Virus record (IMG/VR): IMGVR_UViG_3300006735_000014
Direction: 5' to 3' (one strand)
Source: an uncultured virus (IMG/VR IMGVR_UViG_3300006735_000014)
Lineage: Duplodnaviria > Heunggongvirae > Uroviricota > Caudoviricetes
Length of the DNA: 64,000 nucleotides
A model generated the notes under the pieces. It did no database searches. It was not told the DNA's origin and saw only the letters and a program-made list of their open reading frames with translations. Below are positions 20,728 to 30,086 of the stretch, piece by piece; positions within the stretch are counted from its first letter, which is position 1, and the number at the start of each line of letters is the position of its first letter. The position numbers were made by a program, and so were the translations under genes.

Positions 20728-20883
20728 TTAATTTTTTGCCCATGGATATTTTTTATTTAACATTTCTCTGCGATCATCACAACCACAATCTTTTCCAGTC
20801 ATTTTAGATATAGTCTTTACAGCTTTTTTTATACCAATTACTGATGTAATTTTATCTATACTATCTCCTAAACCTTTAGACAT
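20728..20883 (-). CDS. Small CGC-motif protein (51 aa), absent from the ORF track
   Basis: Manual translation MSKGLGDSIDKITSVIGIKKAVKTISKMTGKDCGCDDRREMLNKKYPWAKN; GGAG SD; fills the gap exactly. Confidence 0.8.
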   Translation of the reverse strand: MSKGLGDSIDKITSVIGIKKAVKTISKMTGKDCGCDDRREMLNKKYPWAKN

Positions 20884-21205
20884 GAATATTCTCCACTTGC
20901 ATTTGTATTTTGGCTTCTTTGATTATTGTTTTAATTTCTTCAATATGAACACTTATATCTTGAACTTCTTTGGATTCATCATATACTTCAATTCCTTTTC
21001 TATGCATAATTAATCGTATAAGTTTCTTTTTCTTTTCAGGTGCTAATGCTTCTACTGCTGGTTGGACTGTTCCACTTGCAACAGCTGTTTCTAATTCTAA
21101 AATTATCTCAAGAACAGAGTTCCAAGTATATCTTGCTGCTTCATCAGTTGTAGGAGCTTTTTCCCACTTAAAATCTGCATTTTCCCATTTAATCTTGTTT
21201 GCCAT
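20876..21205 (-). CDS. Hypothetical protein (109 aa)
   Basis: First gene after the capsid terminator; upstream ATATTTATA motif. Confidence 0.7.
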   Translation of the reverse strand: MANKIKWENADFKWEKAPTTDEAARYTWNSVLEIILELETAVASGTVQPAVEALAPEKKKKLIRLIMHRKGIEVYDESKEVQDISVHIEEIKTIIKEAKIQMQVENIHV

Positions 21206-21233
21206 TATCTTTAATATAAATATGTAATAGAGT

Positions 21234-21262
21234 AAGAAAGGTGCCTAAAAAAGGCACCCTTC
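21234..21262 (-). terminator. Rho-independent terminator after the major capsid gene
   Basis: GGTGCCT-TTTTT-AGGCACC stem followed by TTTCTT. Confidence 0.7.
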
Positions 21263-21301
21263 AAACAATAAATCCTAATAAAATTAGTTATTTAACCAAT
21301 A

Positions 21302-22984
21302 TTATATAGTATCCAATCCATCTACATGAATCTTACCATAGAATTCTGGTCTTACCATTTTCTTAGCATATCTAGTCATTACACCTTTTCTTGGAGTGAA
21401 TGAAGCTGGATCATATACTAATGGAGTCATGATAAGTGGAATGTATGGAGCATAAACTGCACCAGTTTCAAGGAATTGAGCTCCTCTATATCCCATAAGA
21501 ATTGTATTCTCAGTCATGTATGGGTTTTTATAAACTTGGAATCTACTATTAATAGAACCAACTTTTTGTACACCCATTGCAAACTGCATTTTATCACCAT
21601 CTGTATCAGCAGCATATCCAGGAATAGATTCTAGGATAGTTGCAACAGTTGGAGAACATACTAGGAAGTTTGCACCACCTCTTAATGTTAACTGGTGAAT
21701 TTTGTTACTTACTTTCTGGATTTTAGTTCCTAAAGTTTGGAACCAAGTACCTTGGTTGTAAGCTGCAGAATTTCCAGCTGTATTAGAGAATGTTGTCAAC
21801 GTTGAATCATATTCAAAGCCTAATCTTGCTGACCAGAAGTCAGTAGTTTGAGCATTTTGCATTAACATATCTAATAATTCTAAATCAATTTCTTGCGAAA
21901 CGTATTCAGATAACATAGAAGTTAATTCAGCCTCAGCATCAATTGAATGATAAGCATTCAAGTCTTGAGCAAATTCTGGAGTCCAGATTGCTTTTAACTT
22001 TCTTGTCTTAGCAACAATCGCCTCAGATCTCATCTCTAGGTTGATTTCTGGAATAGCTAAAGCAGAATTAGATGCACCTGAATCTTGTGATTGATCTTCA
22101 AAGTCACCTCTTGAAGTATCACCAGGTTGCTTCTGGTAAGTAATTGTACCGTTCTCAACAGCTGCAGTTGCTACAGATGATTTAACTAAGAATGATACTT
22201 TTGGTGTAGCACTTGCTAGACCAGTATTTCCTGATACAGTAGTAAATTGAGGATAATAAGTCTCAATTCCTGAACCTGAAATTTGGAATGCTCTAACACC
22301 ATTTGCATCAGCTAAATCAGAAGCTGCAAATGTAAAGTCTACAGTTGTTAATTGACCGATTCCAACAGATGCAGCAGCTAATGAAGCAGAAAATTCTGAA
22401 TCATGATTAGTTCTTTGCTCAAAAGTTGTTTGAGTAAATGCTGAACCTGTTACAATGTTAGTACCAACAACACCAGTTGCAGTTACTTTGTTTCCTAATG
22501 ATGTTTCGTTAACTGAATAACCAAATCTACCTGCGCCATAAAGACCTTCAGTAGCTACGGTTGATCCTAACGTATCATCAGTTACACCGAATACAGAATC
22601 GTTTTGTGAATCTTTACCAGAGTTTGTAGTAAATCCTGGTTGGTTGGTCCCATACTTGAAATCAAGGAAGAATACTAGACCAGAAGGTAAGTTCATTGGT
22701 TGTACACTTACAAAATCTTTAGCAGCAATCTCAGCAAAAATTCTTCTTACCAATGGTAATGCTACACCTGACCACTCTTCTGAGTTTGCAGATGTACCTG
22801 TAGAATTTGCTTCTGATACTAATTGTTTTGCTTGGTTTTCCAATAGAACTGCCATTCCTGACTTTTCATATTCTTTACCTAAACCTTCAAGAAGACCAGT
22901 TCTTTCCCATTTTCTAACCAAACCTGCTGTAGCAGCTTTTGATTTAGCAACGGAATCATTTGGCATTAATGAATTTATATCCAT
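21302..22984 (-). CDS. gp23: Major capsid protein (T4 gp23 family)
   Basis: LPLVRR, SVQPMNLPSGLVF, AKTRKLKAIWTPEFAQDLNAYHSIDAEAEL, YAPYIPL, PRKGVMTRYA. Confidence 0.97.
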   Translation of the reverse strand: MDINSLMPNDSVAKSKAATAGLVRKWERTGLLEGLGKEYEKSGMAVLLENQAKQLVSEANSTGTSANSEEWSGVALPLVRRIFAEIAAKDFVSVQPMNLPSGLVFFLDFKYGTNQPGFTTNSGKDSQNDSVFGVTDDTLGSTVATEGLYGAGRFGYSVNETSLGNKVTATGVVGTNIVTGSAFTQTTFEQRTNHDSEFSASLAAASVGIGQLTTVDFTFAASDLADANGVRAFQISGSGIETYYPQFTTVSGNTGLASATPKVSFLVKSSVATAAVENGTITYQKQPGDTSRGDFEDQSQDSGASNSALAIPEINLEMRSEAIVAKTRKLKAIWTPEFAQDLNAYHSIDAEAELTSMLSEYVSQEIDLELLDMLMQNAQTTDFWSARLGFEYDSTLTTFSNTAGNSAAYNQGTWFQTLGTKIQKVSNKIHQLTLRGGANFLVCSPTVATILESIPGYAADTDGDKMQFAMGVQKVGSINSRFQVYKNPYMTENTILMGYRGAQFLETGAVYAPYIPLIMTPLVYDPASFTPRKGVMTRYAKKMVRPEFYGKIHVDGLDTI

Positions 22985-23004
22985 TTTTTAATCTCCTTTT
23001 AATA

Positions 23005-24054
23005 TTAAAGTAATCCAGCTAACTTCTTAAATCTATTAGCAACATCATTTCCTTCTGAAAGGACTTTCTTTGATGGTCTTGTAGATCTCGAAGGCTTACT
23101 AGCATACGATTCTTTAATGGTTTTTACTTTTCTTTTACCACCCAATTTGAATGACTCAGTCAATGTAGCAAATACTAACTTAACTTCTCTCAATGTTTGA
23201 GCTCTGTCAAAGTTTTCAATTACTTTCATTTTCTGACCTTCATTCAATGAATGATTTCTAAATAATTTGTTCGAGAATAATAGTTTAGCATTTAGCAAGT
23301 TAACTTCATTCAACTTAGACTTCATAAATCTGATTACTTTGTAAGCTTCTTCAAGGTCTTTTGCTGCATCACCATCATCAACACCTGCTGTGTCGTTTTC
23401 TTCTACTGGTTCTGCTTCATCGCCTTCTTCTTCTCTCAAAGCATTAATGATTTCGTCAAGGTCAACTTCTTCTTCTTCAGTAACTTCTTCTTTGTCGTCA
23501 CCTTCGTTTTCTTTAAGTTTTCCTTTGCCTGGGTCTTCTTCATCTGAGGATGATGCTTGTTTCATACTAGTTCCTTTACCAATACCAGTTGAACCAGACT
23601 GTTCTTCAACAGTTTCTTCTTCATCTTCACCTTCTGTTACAGCTTCTTCATCTTCACCTTCAAGCTCTCGTAAGATTGCTTCTAGTTCTAAATCTTCTGC
23701 TTCAGAATGCATATCGGTTGGATCTTCGTCATCTTCGCGCATACCTTCATCAGTTTCTTCCCCTCTCATTCCTTCTTCTGCCATTTCGTCGTCAGCCATT
23801 TCTTCTTCCATTTCTGGAGCTGGTGCCTCAACTGGTGCTTCCATTTCTGGTTCAGCAGCAACTGGTTCATCCATTGGCATTTCGTCTTCCATAGCCATTT
23901 CATCTTCCATACCTTCTTCTTCAGAAAGTTTAGCAGACAACATGCTTTGAAGTCTTGGAGTAAAAGCTTCTTCTAATGCTATTTTAGCGTTTGCTAATGC
24001 TGTTTCTCGTACCGCTTTCGCGTCAGCAATAGCTTCTTTCAATAAATTGTTCAT
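23005..24054 (-). CDS. Prohead core / scaffolding protein (gp22-like)
   Basis: Highly acidic centre with helical termini, directly upstream of the MCP. Confidence 0.8.
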   Translation of the reverse strand: MNNLLKEAIADAKAVRETALANAKIALEEAFTPRLQSMLSAKLSEEEGMEDEMAMEDEMPMDEPVAAEPEMEAPVEAPAPEMEEEMADDEMAEEGMRGEETDEGMREDDEDPTDMHSEAEDLELEAILRELEGEDEEAVTEGEDEEETVEEQSGSTGIGKGTSMKQASSSDEEDPGKGKLKENEGDDKEEVTEEEEVDLDEIINALREEEGDEAEPVEENDTAGVDDGDAAKDLEEAYKVIRFMKSKLNEVNLLNAKLLFSNKLFRNHSLNEGQKMKVIENFDRAQTLREVKLVFATLTESFKLGGKRKVKTIKESYASKPSRSTRPSKKVLSEGNDVANRFKKLAGLL

Positions 24055-24257
24055 TTATCTCTCTCCTTTAATAAATTTGTTCGGAAATAAGACTATTAAG
24101 AGTCTCAATGTGAATTGTTATAAAAATATTCAGGGACGGTGATATTGAAGCACCGTATATACTTGTTACAATTATAAATATATACAGTTATTGAAAAACC
24201 TACTTTTTTTCAAGAAAATTTTTAGCTTAAATAAAAATAATAAAGTATAGATAAAAT

Positions 24258-24518
24258 TTACCTATCTTCTTTGGAATTAATTTGTTGAAAATATTTTGCA
24301 TTATCCATTTGTTCACGCCTTCTATCGGATTTTTTTCTAAAATATCTTCTATCTCTTAACTCTTGCAATGTTCCTGCATCTTTAAGAGCTCTTTTCCAAA
24401 ATCGAATTGCAAATCCAATATCTCCTTGATCTTTAGGATTTTTTGGATTTTTTACTACGGCTGCGCCCAGAGCATGTCCTGGTAAATGCGATTGCCAAAT
24501 TTTATGTTTCTTATTCAT
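24258..24518 (-). CDS. rpsU: Phage-encoded ribosomal protein bS21 homolog with N-terminal extension
   Basis: DIGFAIRFWKRALKDAGTLQELRDRRYFRKKSDRRREQ matches the bS21 pattern (I..ALRRFKR....G.L.ELR.R..Y/F.KPS..RR); head-module location is known for bS21-encoding phages. Confidence 0.85.
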   Translation of the reverse strand: MNKKHKIWQSHLPGHALGAAVVKNPKNPKDQGDIGFAIRFWKRALKDAGTLQELRDRRYFRKKSDRRREQMDNAKYFQQINSKEDR

Positions 24519-24545
24519 GTAATTTATTTTACGTTATAACTATTA

Positions 24546-24577
24546 TTAATATAAAGAATATATTTCAATTTACCAAA
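24546..24577 (-). promoter_or_regulatory. Bacteroidota-like -33/-7 promoter upstream of bS21
   Basis: TTTG-N20-TATATTAA, compared with consensus TTTG-N19-21-TAnnTTTG. Confidence 0.6.
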
Positions 24578-24580
24578 TGA

Positions 24581-25102
24581 TTATTTGTTTTTCTTTTGGC
24601 TAATTGCAGTTTTCATTGGCTCATCAGTATTACCATCTTTATCCATATCTAGATAATCAGGTTTTGCATCATCTTCCTCTCTCAATGCTTCATTTATCTT
24701 ATAATACTTATTTAATGTAGTACCCATATCTTCATATGCAGATTCTAACCTTTGTTGTAACGTCTGAACTTCATTAGCTGTTTTTGAAAATACTTTATAT
24801 GCTTCTTTCAATTGTTTCATATGACGAGTTGTAGTAACATTATCAAACCAATGTTCTGATTCTTGTAATGTAAGAGCTTCTGCTACCTTTACTATATTAC
24901 CCAATTCTTCTGTAATTTCTCTTAATGAATGATTTCTATATATAGACTCACCCATTGTATGATAATTACCAACTGCTTCAGTGAAAGATTTTTTTTGTTC
25001 TGATGTTATACCAGTTTCTTCTTCTTCGCCAAAGTTTTCCATAATGTATTTTGATTTTTTCATTATAGTTTTTAATAGTGCATTTTCGTATTTATTTGCC
25101 AT
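24581..25102 (-). CDS. Hypothetical head-module protein (173 aa)
   Basis: Coiled-coil; C-terminal DYLDMDKDGNTDE EF-hand-like motif. Confidence 0.7.
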   Translation of the reverse strand: MANKYENALLKTIMKKSKYIMENFGEEEETGITSEQKKSFTEAVGNYHTMGESIYRNHSLREITEELGNIVKVAEALTLQESEHWFDNVTTTRHMKQLKEAYKVFSKTANEVQTLQQRLESAYEDMGTTLNKYYKINEALREEDDAKPDYLDMDKDGNTDEPMKTAISQKKNK

Positions 25103-25103
25103 T

Positions 25104-25520
25104 TTATAGTCCCTTACCTTTTTGTCTTTCTAAATATTTTTGAAGTCCTTCTAATTGTTTTTCAGATCCCATAATATATCTAGATAATTGTTTTTCCATA
25201 GTTTCATATTCATAGTTACCTGATTCATCACCTCTCATTTCAATATCTGTTCCTAAATCTTGATGAAAGTCTCTTACAGCATCCATTAACTTATTAAGTT
25301 GATCTGAATAATATTCAATATCTAATGGTTCTTGTTCTTGACCTGTTGCTCCTGCACCTGGTTCTAATGCTGCCTTTCTTTCTGCATCTGTTTTCATTTT
25401 AGGAAATGCTTGAACCATTGGCGCTTCATTTAATAAAGAATCTTCCATTTTTAAATTATTTGCCTTTGCAAAATCTGCTCTTCCTTCAAATAATCTTTGA
25501 TATTGTTTTTTCAAATTCAT
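25104..25520 (-). CDS. Hypothetical head-module protein (138 aa)
   Basis: In-operon ORF; GGAG SD. Confidence 0.7.
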   Translation of the reverse strand: MNLKKQYQRLFEGRADFAKANNLKMEDSLLNEAPMVQAFPKMKTDAERKAALEPGAGATGQEQEPLDIEYYSDQLNKLMDAVRDFHQDLGTDIEMRGDESGNYEYETMEKQLSRYIMGSEKQLEGLQKYLERQKGKGL

Positions 25521-25521
25521 T

Positions 25522-25782
25522 TTAAAACTCCACGCTATCTATATATAATGTAGGTCTTCCTCCAGTCATACCAAATTTTGATCCATCTTTTACACCTTCT
25601 AATCCTACATTCTTTTTACCTTCAAATGCCATTGGATCTTTTTTTGTAGTTACTGAATACTTAGATGCATTTTCTGCTCCTAAAACTTCAAGTCCACCAT
25701 TCTTCTTTCCTTCGCCTGCTAATACATCAGCATTCTTTTGAGTGGCAGTTGGTCCATATTGTGATTGCATATCTTTTAACAT
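25522..25782 (-). CDS. Hypothetical protein (86 aa) with internal EGKKNxGLE duplication
   Basis: TAAGGAG SD; EGKKNGGLE and EGKKNVGLE. Confidence 0.7.
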   Translation of the reverse strand: MLKDMQSQYGPTATQKNADVLAGEGKKNGGLEVLGAENASKYSVTTKKDPMAFEGKKNVGLEGVKDGSKFGMTGGRPTLYIDSVEF

Positions 25783-25783
25783 A

Positions 25784-26389
25784 TTAGTACTCCTTAATTA
25801 TATCAGTTATTAATTTATTTACATTTGCATATTTATCAAATTGTTTTTTTGATTTTCCTTCATTTACTGGAGATAAAAATGCTCCATGAGTTGATGGATT
25901 TGAAACAAAGTCAAATGCAATTAGTTCAAAATCAGGCTGAACTTCTAATGTATCATCACCTTCTCTCATTACTTCTTTTACAGATCCCATACCTCTTGAT
26001 GATATACCTAATCTAATACCTGATTTGAATAGTTCTTTTAAAATGTTACCTGCAGGAGTACCTAATACTTCTACAGTTCCAACTAAATCATCACCTTGCC
26101 AATTCATACCTAAAACGTTATGACTTACATTATTTAAATTAACTACAGATGAATCTGGATGATCTAATTCTCCAAGAGCTCTCTTTTCTTTAATAAATCC
26201 TTCAGCATATTTATTTGCTTCTCTCATTAAAGTTTCTTTTGGATATATTCTTCCATTTTGATTCTTTGATTCAGCTCTTTGCAGAACTCCAGAAACAATT
26301 AATTTTCCGCCATTTTTAGATAGACTTTCATTAATTTGTTGAGGAGTTATCTCAAATGTTTGATAATTAACTAATAATTGCTTTGCCAT
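25784..26389 (-). CDS. gp21: Prohead core protease (T4 gp21 family)
   Basis: NQNGRIYP, ALGELDHP, VSH, GISSRGMGS, FDFVSNPS. Confidence 0.95.
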   Translation of the reverse strand: MAKQLLVNYQTFEITPQQINESLSKNGGKLIVSGVLQRAESKNQNGRIYPKETLMREANKYAEGFIKEKRALGELDHPDSSVVNLNNVSHNVLGMNWQGDDLVGTVEVLGTPAGNILKELFKSGIRLGISSRGMGSVKEVMREGDDTLEVQPDFELIAFDFVSNPSTHGAFLSPVNEGKSKKQFDKYANVNKLITDIIKEY

Positions 26390-26399
26390 TTTTGATCTC

Positions 26400-26924
26400 C
26401 TATTGTGATAATTCTTTTAATCGATTTGCAATCCTTGTCATTCTCTCATTTATCTTTGCAAATCTATTTCCGGTTGATTTCCAAAAATGATTTGAATTCA
26501 CACCCATTTCTGTTTTTAACCTTATATTATTATTTACGATCTTTTCCATTAACCCTAACATTTTATTAACTTCAGCTATTCCTCTATTAACTTTTTGTTG
26601 TGGTGTCGATGTTGGATCTTTTTTATATTCTCTATATGATGATTCATTCATTAAACCTGAACTCATTGTCATCTTCATCATTTTTTTATATATTGAGTCT
26701 TTAACTAGTTCAAACTCTGTTGCAGTTGTTGCATTATCTTTTTGTTTCTTTTTACCTTTTTTATCATTTTTATGAAATGCATATGGAGTTTTTGGAGGAC
26801 CTTCTCCGCCATCCATATTACCAGTTACATTTGCTTCTCCCAATTCATCCTCATTGTGTTGATATTGGATTTCATCTTCTTCTGCTTCCTTAAGGTATTT
26901 TTTAAATTTATCTAAATAATCCAT
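26400..26924 (-). CDS. Hypothetical head-module protein (174 aa)
   Basis: In-operon ORF between portal and protease. Confidence 0.7.
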   Translation of the reverse strand: MDYLDKFKKYLKEAEEDEIQYQHNEDELGEANVTGNMDGGEGPPKTPYAFHKNDKKGKKKQKDNATTATEFELVKDSIYKKMMKMTMSSGLMNESSYREYKKDPTSTPQQKVNRGIAEVNKMLGLMEKIVNNNIRLKTEMGVNSNHFWKSTGNRFAKINERMTRIANRLKELSQ

Positions 26925-26927
26925 ATC

Positions 26928-27242
26928 TTATTTCCTCAATAAATAAATTTCTGCAGAACTTGCTGCTGTTATATGTGATACTGTAAAGTTATATATTTCC
27001 TTTGTAGTTAATTTACTTGCTGCAATTGAACCTCCTCCTGGAAAATGTAATACTGCACTACCATGAGTTACAACCATAACTCCATTCCATCTTGCAGCAC
27101 TTGAACCAGTATAATATGTTGCACCATCTGCAACTGTTGTTACTGCATGATAGCCGCCTAAATGTCCGCTTACATTATATAAACTTCCTGAATCTGGATA
27201 AGAATTAAACCAGGTTTCTCTTTGTGATGGATTAGCGCTCAT
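26928..27242 (-). CDS. Hypothetical protein (104 aa)
   Basis: GGAG SD; TAATG overlap with the upstream gene. Confidence 0.7.
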   Translation of the reverse strand: MSANPSQRETWFNSYPDSGSLYNVSGHLGGYHAVTTVADGATYYTGSSAARWNGVMVVTHGSAVLHFPGGGSIAASKLTTKEIYNFTVSHITAASSAEIYLLRK

Positions 27243-28114
27243 TATTTAGTCTCCACATTTTTAAGTTCTTTAATCAATTCATAATAACGTAACATTGTTA
27301 ATACATCTTTATCTTTAACGGCTGATGAATTTTTTAACTCTGTTAACATATTATTAACTTCATTCAATTTTATTTTAACTACTTTTGATCCTACTCTAGC
27401 AGATGCTCGTTTTAATTCTTTTTGGACAACTGGAATTTCTTTTTGAATAAATTCTTTTAACGCAACAGTATTTGTTACATTATTAATATATTCTCTCAAA
27501 ATATTTTTTTGTCGTTGATTAAGTCCATTATATTTATCATTAAACTTATCAATTAACATTTTATAAGATAACAATCTAACATCCTTTGGTTGAACTGAAT
27601 ATGTTTCTTTTATAACATTTCCTTTCTTTACTTTAACTGGATTGTTGATTGTATTTCTTAATACATGTTCTACCAATGTAGCTTTTGATCTTACTATCTG
27701 AGCAGGATTGTCAACTTCTGCATATTCAAATAATTTATATGCCGCGGCCATTATATTATAATTTGATACTCTTGCTTTGAAAAAGTTATCTACTATAAAT
27801 TGGTCATTGATTTCTTTTATTAAATTATATTTTTGTCTTCTCAATGCTGTTTGATTTAAAGACTTTTTTGCAGTTATACATGCTTGTAAAAATTTTTGAG
27901 CACTATTTTCTGTCTTAAACTCTTCTTCTTGAATAGTTCTATATAATTGTAATTCTTTTCCTAATTCAGTACCGGCCTTGAAATGCCTCTTGATAATCGG
28001 TAATGCTTTTGTCTTACGTCCTTGCATTGTATCTGCAGCGACTTGACGTACGAGCATCTCGAAAAGAATCCCGGTATTTTTATACTTTGAATGCTTTATT
28101 TTTTTCATTGACAT
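27242..28114 (-). CDS. Hypothetical head-module protein (290 aa)
   Basis: Helical, Lys-rich (KHSKYKNTGILFE); directly after the portal gene. Confidence 0.75.
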   Translation of the reverse strand: MSMKKIKHSKYKNTGILFEMLVRQVAADTMQGRKTKALPIIKRHFKAGTELGKELQLYRTIQEEEFKTENSAQKFLQACITAKKSLNQTALRRQKYNLIKEINDQFIVDNFFKARVSNYNIMAAAYKLFEYAEVDNPAQIVRSKATLVEHVLRNTINNPVKVKKGNVIKETYSVQPKDVRLLSYKMLIDKFNDKYNGLNQRQKNILREYINNVTNTVALKEFIQKEIPVVQKELKRASARVGSKVVKIKLNEVNNMLTELKNSSAVKDKDVLTMLRYYELIKELKNVETK

Positions 28115-28171
28115 ATCGTCCCGTTTATTTGCTATCTATTTTTAAATAAATATAGACTAAATTAACTTTCA

Positions 28172-30055
28172 CTACGCTTTTTCTTCTTGAATCAGTATAT
28201 CTTCATCCAACATTGTACCTTTATCAGGATCAGCTTTTTCAGTTGAAAGACTTTCTTGTAAAACTTTTGAAGATTTTGATTTATTTTGTAGCAAATCTGC
28301 AAATGCTTTAGCTTCTGTGCTTAGTGGTGAACCACCTCTATATTTATGTTGTAGTGGCGACTTATCTGTTGCAAATGCTTTATCTAATCCTTTTGCACCA
28401 ACAGCGTCTCGTCCATAATCAGAATTAGCTCTTCCAAATGCACCAAATTTCTTTGGTCTTCCTGGTCCTGCTACTGGATCATTAGCTCCTTCATCTTGCT
28501 GACCTGGTATGTCTAGATTTCCCTGCACATGCATCGAAGCTATATCATGAGGTGTTCCAAACGATTGATTTGTCTTTTGAGGATCATTTCCTTCTGACTT
28601 AATTTGTTCTTTTCTGAATTCTTCTTTAAGATCTTCAATAACTTGATCTTGTTCTGTATTCCATTCATTTTGGCTCATACCAAATACATTTTCATATATG
28701 TATCTTTCTGAGAACATACCTGATTCTTTAAAATTAGATACTAATCCTAATTTTTCATTTAATAATTCTACCTTTTGTTTTTCATAAACAATTGATGGAT
28801 TAGTTAAAGTTAATTCAAAATTGATAAGATCGGCATCTGTATATCCTTGTGTATATAAATGTACAATTGCAATTTTAGTTAATTCAGATGTAAATATTTT
28901 TTGTATTCTTTCTATAGTTCTTGCAAACCTAATATCCTCTGCTGCTAATGTTGCCTTTCCTTCTACACCTTCATCATATCCTAAAAATGCTTTTGGTATT
29001 CTTAATGCAGCATGCATTTTATTTCTTAAATAATCTATATCTTCAGTTTGTCCATCATTACTTGTACCAGGTAAAGATTCTATATTAGTTCCAGATTCAC
29101 CACCTCTTACTGGTAAATAATAATCTTCTAACATGTTTTGTAGATTAAATTTAAGATTATAATCACCTGTTTGTTCATCCATATAAGGAACTTTTTTCAT
29201 TTTGTTCATTATTTGTTGCATATGTGAATCAACTTCATTTGGTGGTATATTACCTACATCAATTTTAAATATTCTTCTTTCTGGAGCTCTCATTATTCTA
29301 TGTAACAACATTGCATCTTCCATAAGAGTTAATTGTTTGAATACTTTTCGTGCACCTTCTAACATTGATTTACCATACGGTAAAAAGTTTGTATCTGACA
29401 ATAATCTAAAATGTGCTACCTCAAATGGATCATATTCCATTTGTGAATTACCTCCTTGGCCAATATTACTCATTCCTTCATAATAAAATTTAACGGCATA
29501 CGGATTTTTATCATCAAACTGCTCTTCACGTCTCATTTCATATGCAGACATTGGAACTACATTTACAATACCAATTTCTTCATCAATATCTAAATGTAAA
29601 TAAAAGTCACCATATTTACATGCATTTCTAATCCAAGGCCATAAGTTATATTCTACATTTAATACATCATAAAATAAATTTCTTAATATTTTTCGTATAT
29701 TATCATCAGATGATTTAATTGTTAAAGTATCACCATCAGCATCCTTCACTGTACTTTCATCTGCATATATATCTAATGCTGAAGATATAATTGGGTCCAT
29801 ATCCATACCTTCATAATCTGTATATAATTCTACTCTATTTTGATGATAATTTGCTGTATTATTATATGTGCTCCATCCTGGGTTTTTTGTATGAATTCCT
29901 GAAAACCGATCAATGTATTTTGTCTGTCTCATGTTACCCATTGATTGTAACTTATTTGAATCTACAACTTGTAGTCTCTTTTTACCAATTCTACGAACTA
30001 TTACATTCGTTGAAAAAAGTCTTCTAAGTCTAGATCTTAATGATTTGTTTGCCAT
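28172..30055 (-). CDS. gp20: Portal protein (T4 gp20 family)
   Basis: EDAMLLHRIMRAPERRIFKIDVGN, EDYYLPVRG, EDIDYLRNK...ALRIP. Confidence 0.95.
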   Translation of the reverse strand: MANKSLRSRLRRLFSTNVIVRRIGKKRLQVVDSNKLQSMGNMRQTKYIDRFSGIHTKNPGWSTYNNTANYHQNRVELYTDYEGMDMDPIISSALDIYADESTVKDADGDTLTIKSSDDNIRKILRNLFYDVLNVEYNLWPWIRNACKYGDFYLHLDIDEEIGIVNVVPMSAYEMRREEQFDDKNPYAVKFYYEGMSNIGQGGNSQMEYDPFEVAHFRLLSDTNFLPYGKSMLEGARKVFKQLTLMEDAMLLHRIMRAPERRIFKIDVGNIPPNEVDSHMQQIMNKMKKVPYMDEQTGDYNLKFNLQNMLEDYYLPVRGGESGTNIESLPGTSNDGQTEDIDYLRNKMHAALRIPKAFLGYDEGVEGKATLAAEDIRFARTIERIQKIFTSELTKIAIVHLYTQGYTDADLINFELTLTNPSIVYEKQKVELLNEKLGLVSNFKESGMFSERYIYENVFGMSQNEWNTEQDQVIEDLKEEFRKEQIKSEGNDPQKTNQSFGTPHDIASMHVQGNLDIPGQQDEGANDPVAGPGRPKKFGAFGRANSDYGRDAVGAKGLDKAFATDKSPLQHKYRGGSPLSTEAKAFADLLQNKSKSSKVLQESLSTEKADPDKGTMLDEDILIQEEKA

Positions 30056-30086
30056 AATTTTCTACTTTTATATAAATATGATTGTA

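Noticed and set aside
24055..24257. tRNA or ncRNA in the longest intergenic gap
   Set aside because: No cloverleaf or T-loop pattern; explained by a promoter motif, leader hairpins and AT-rich spacer
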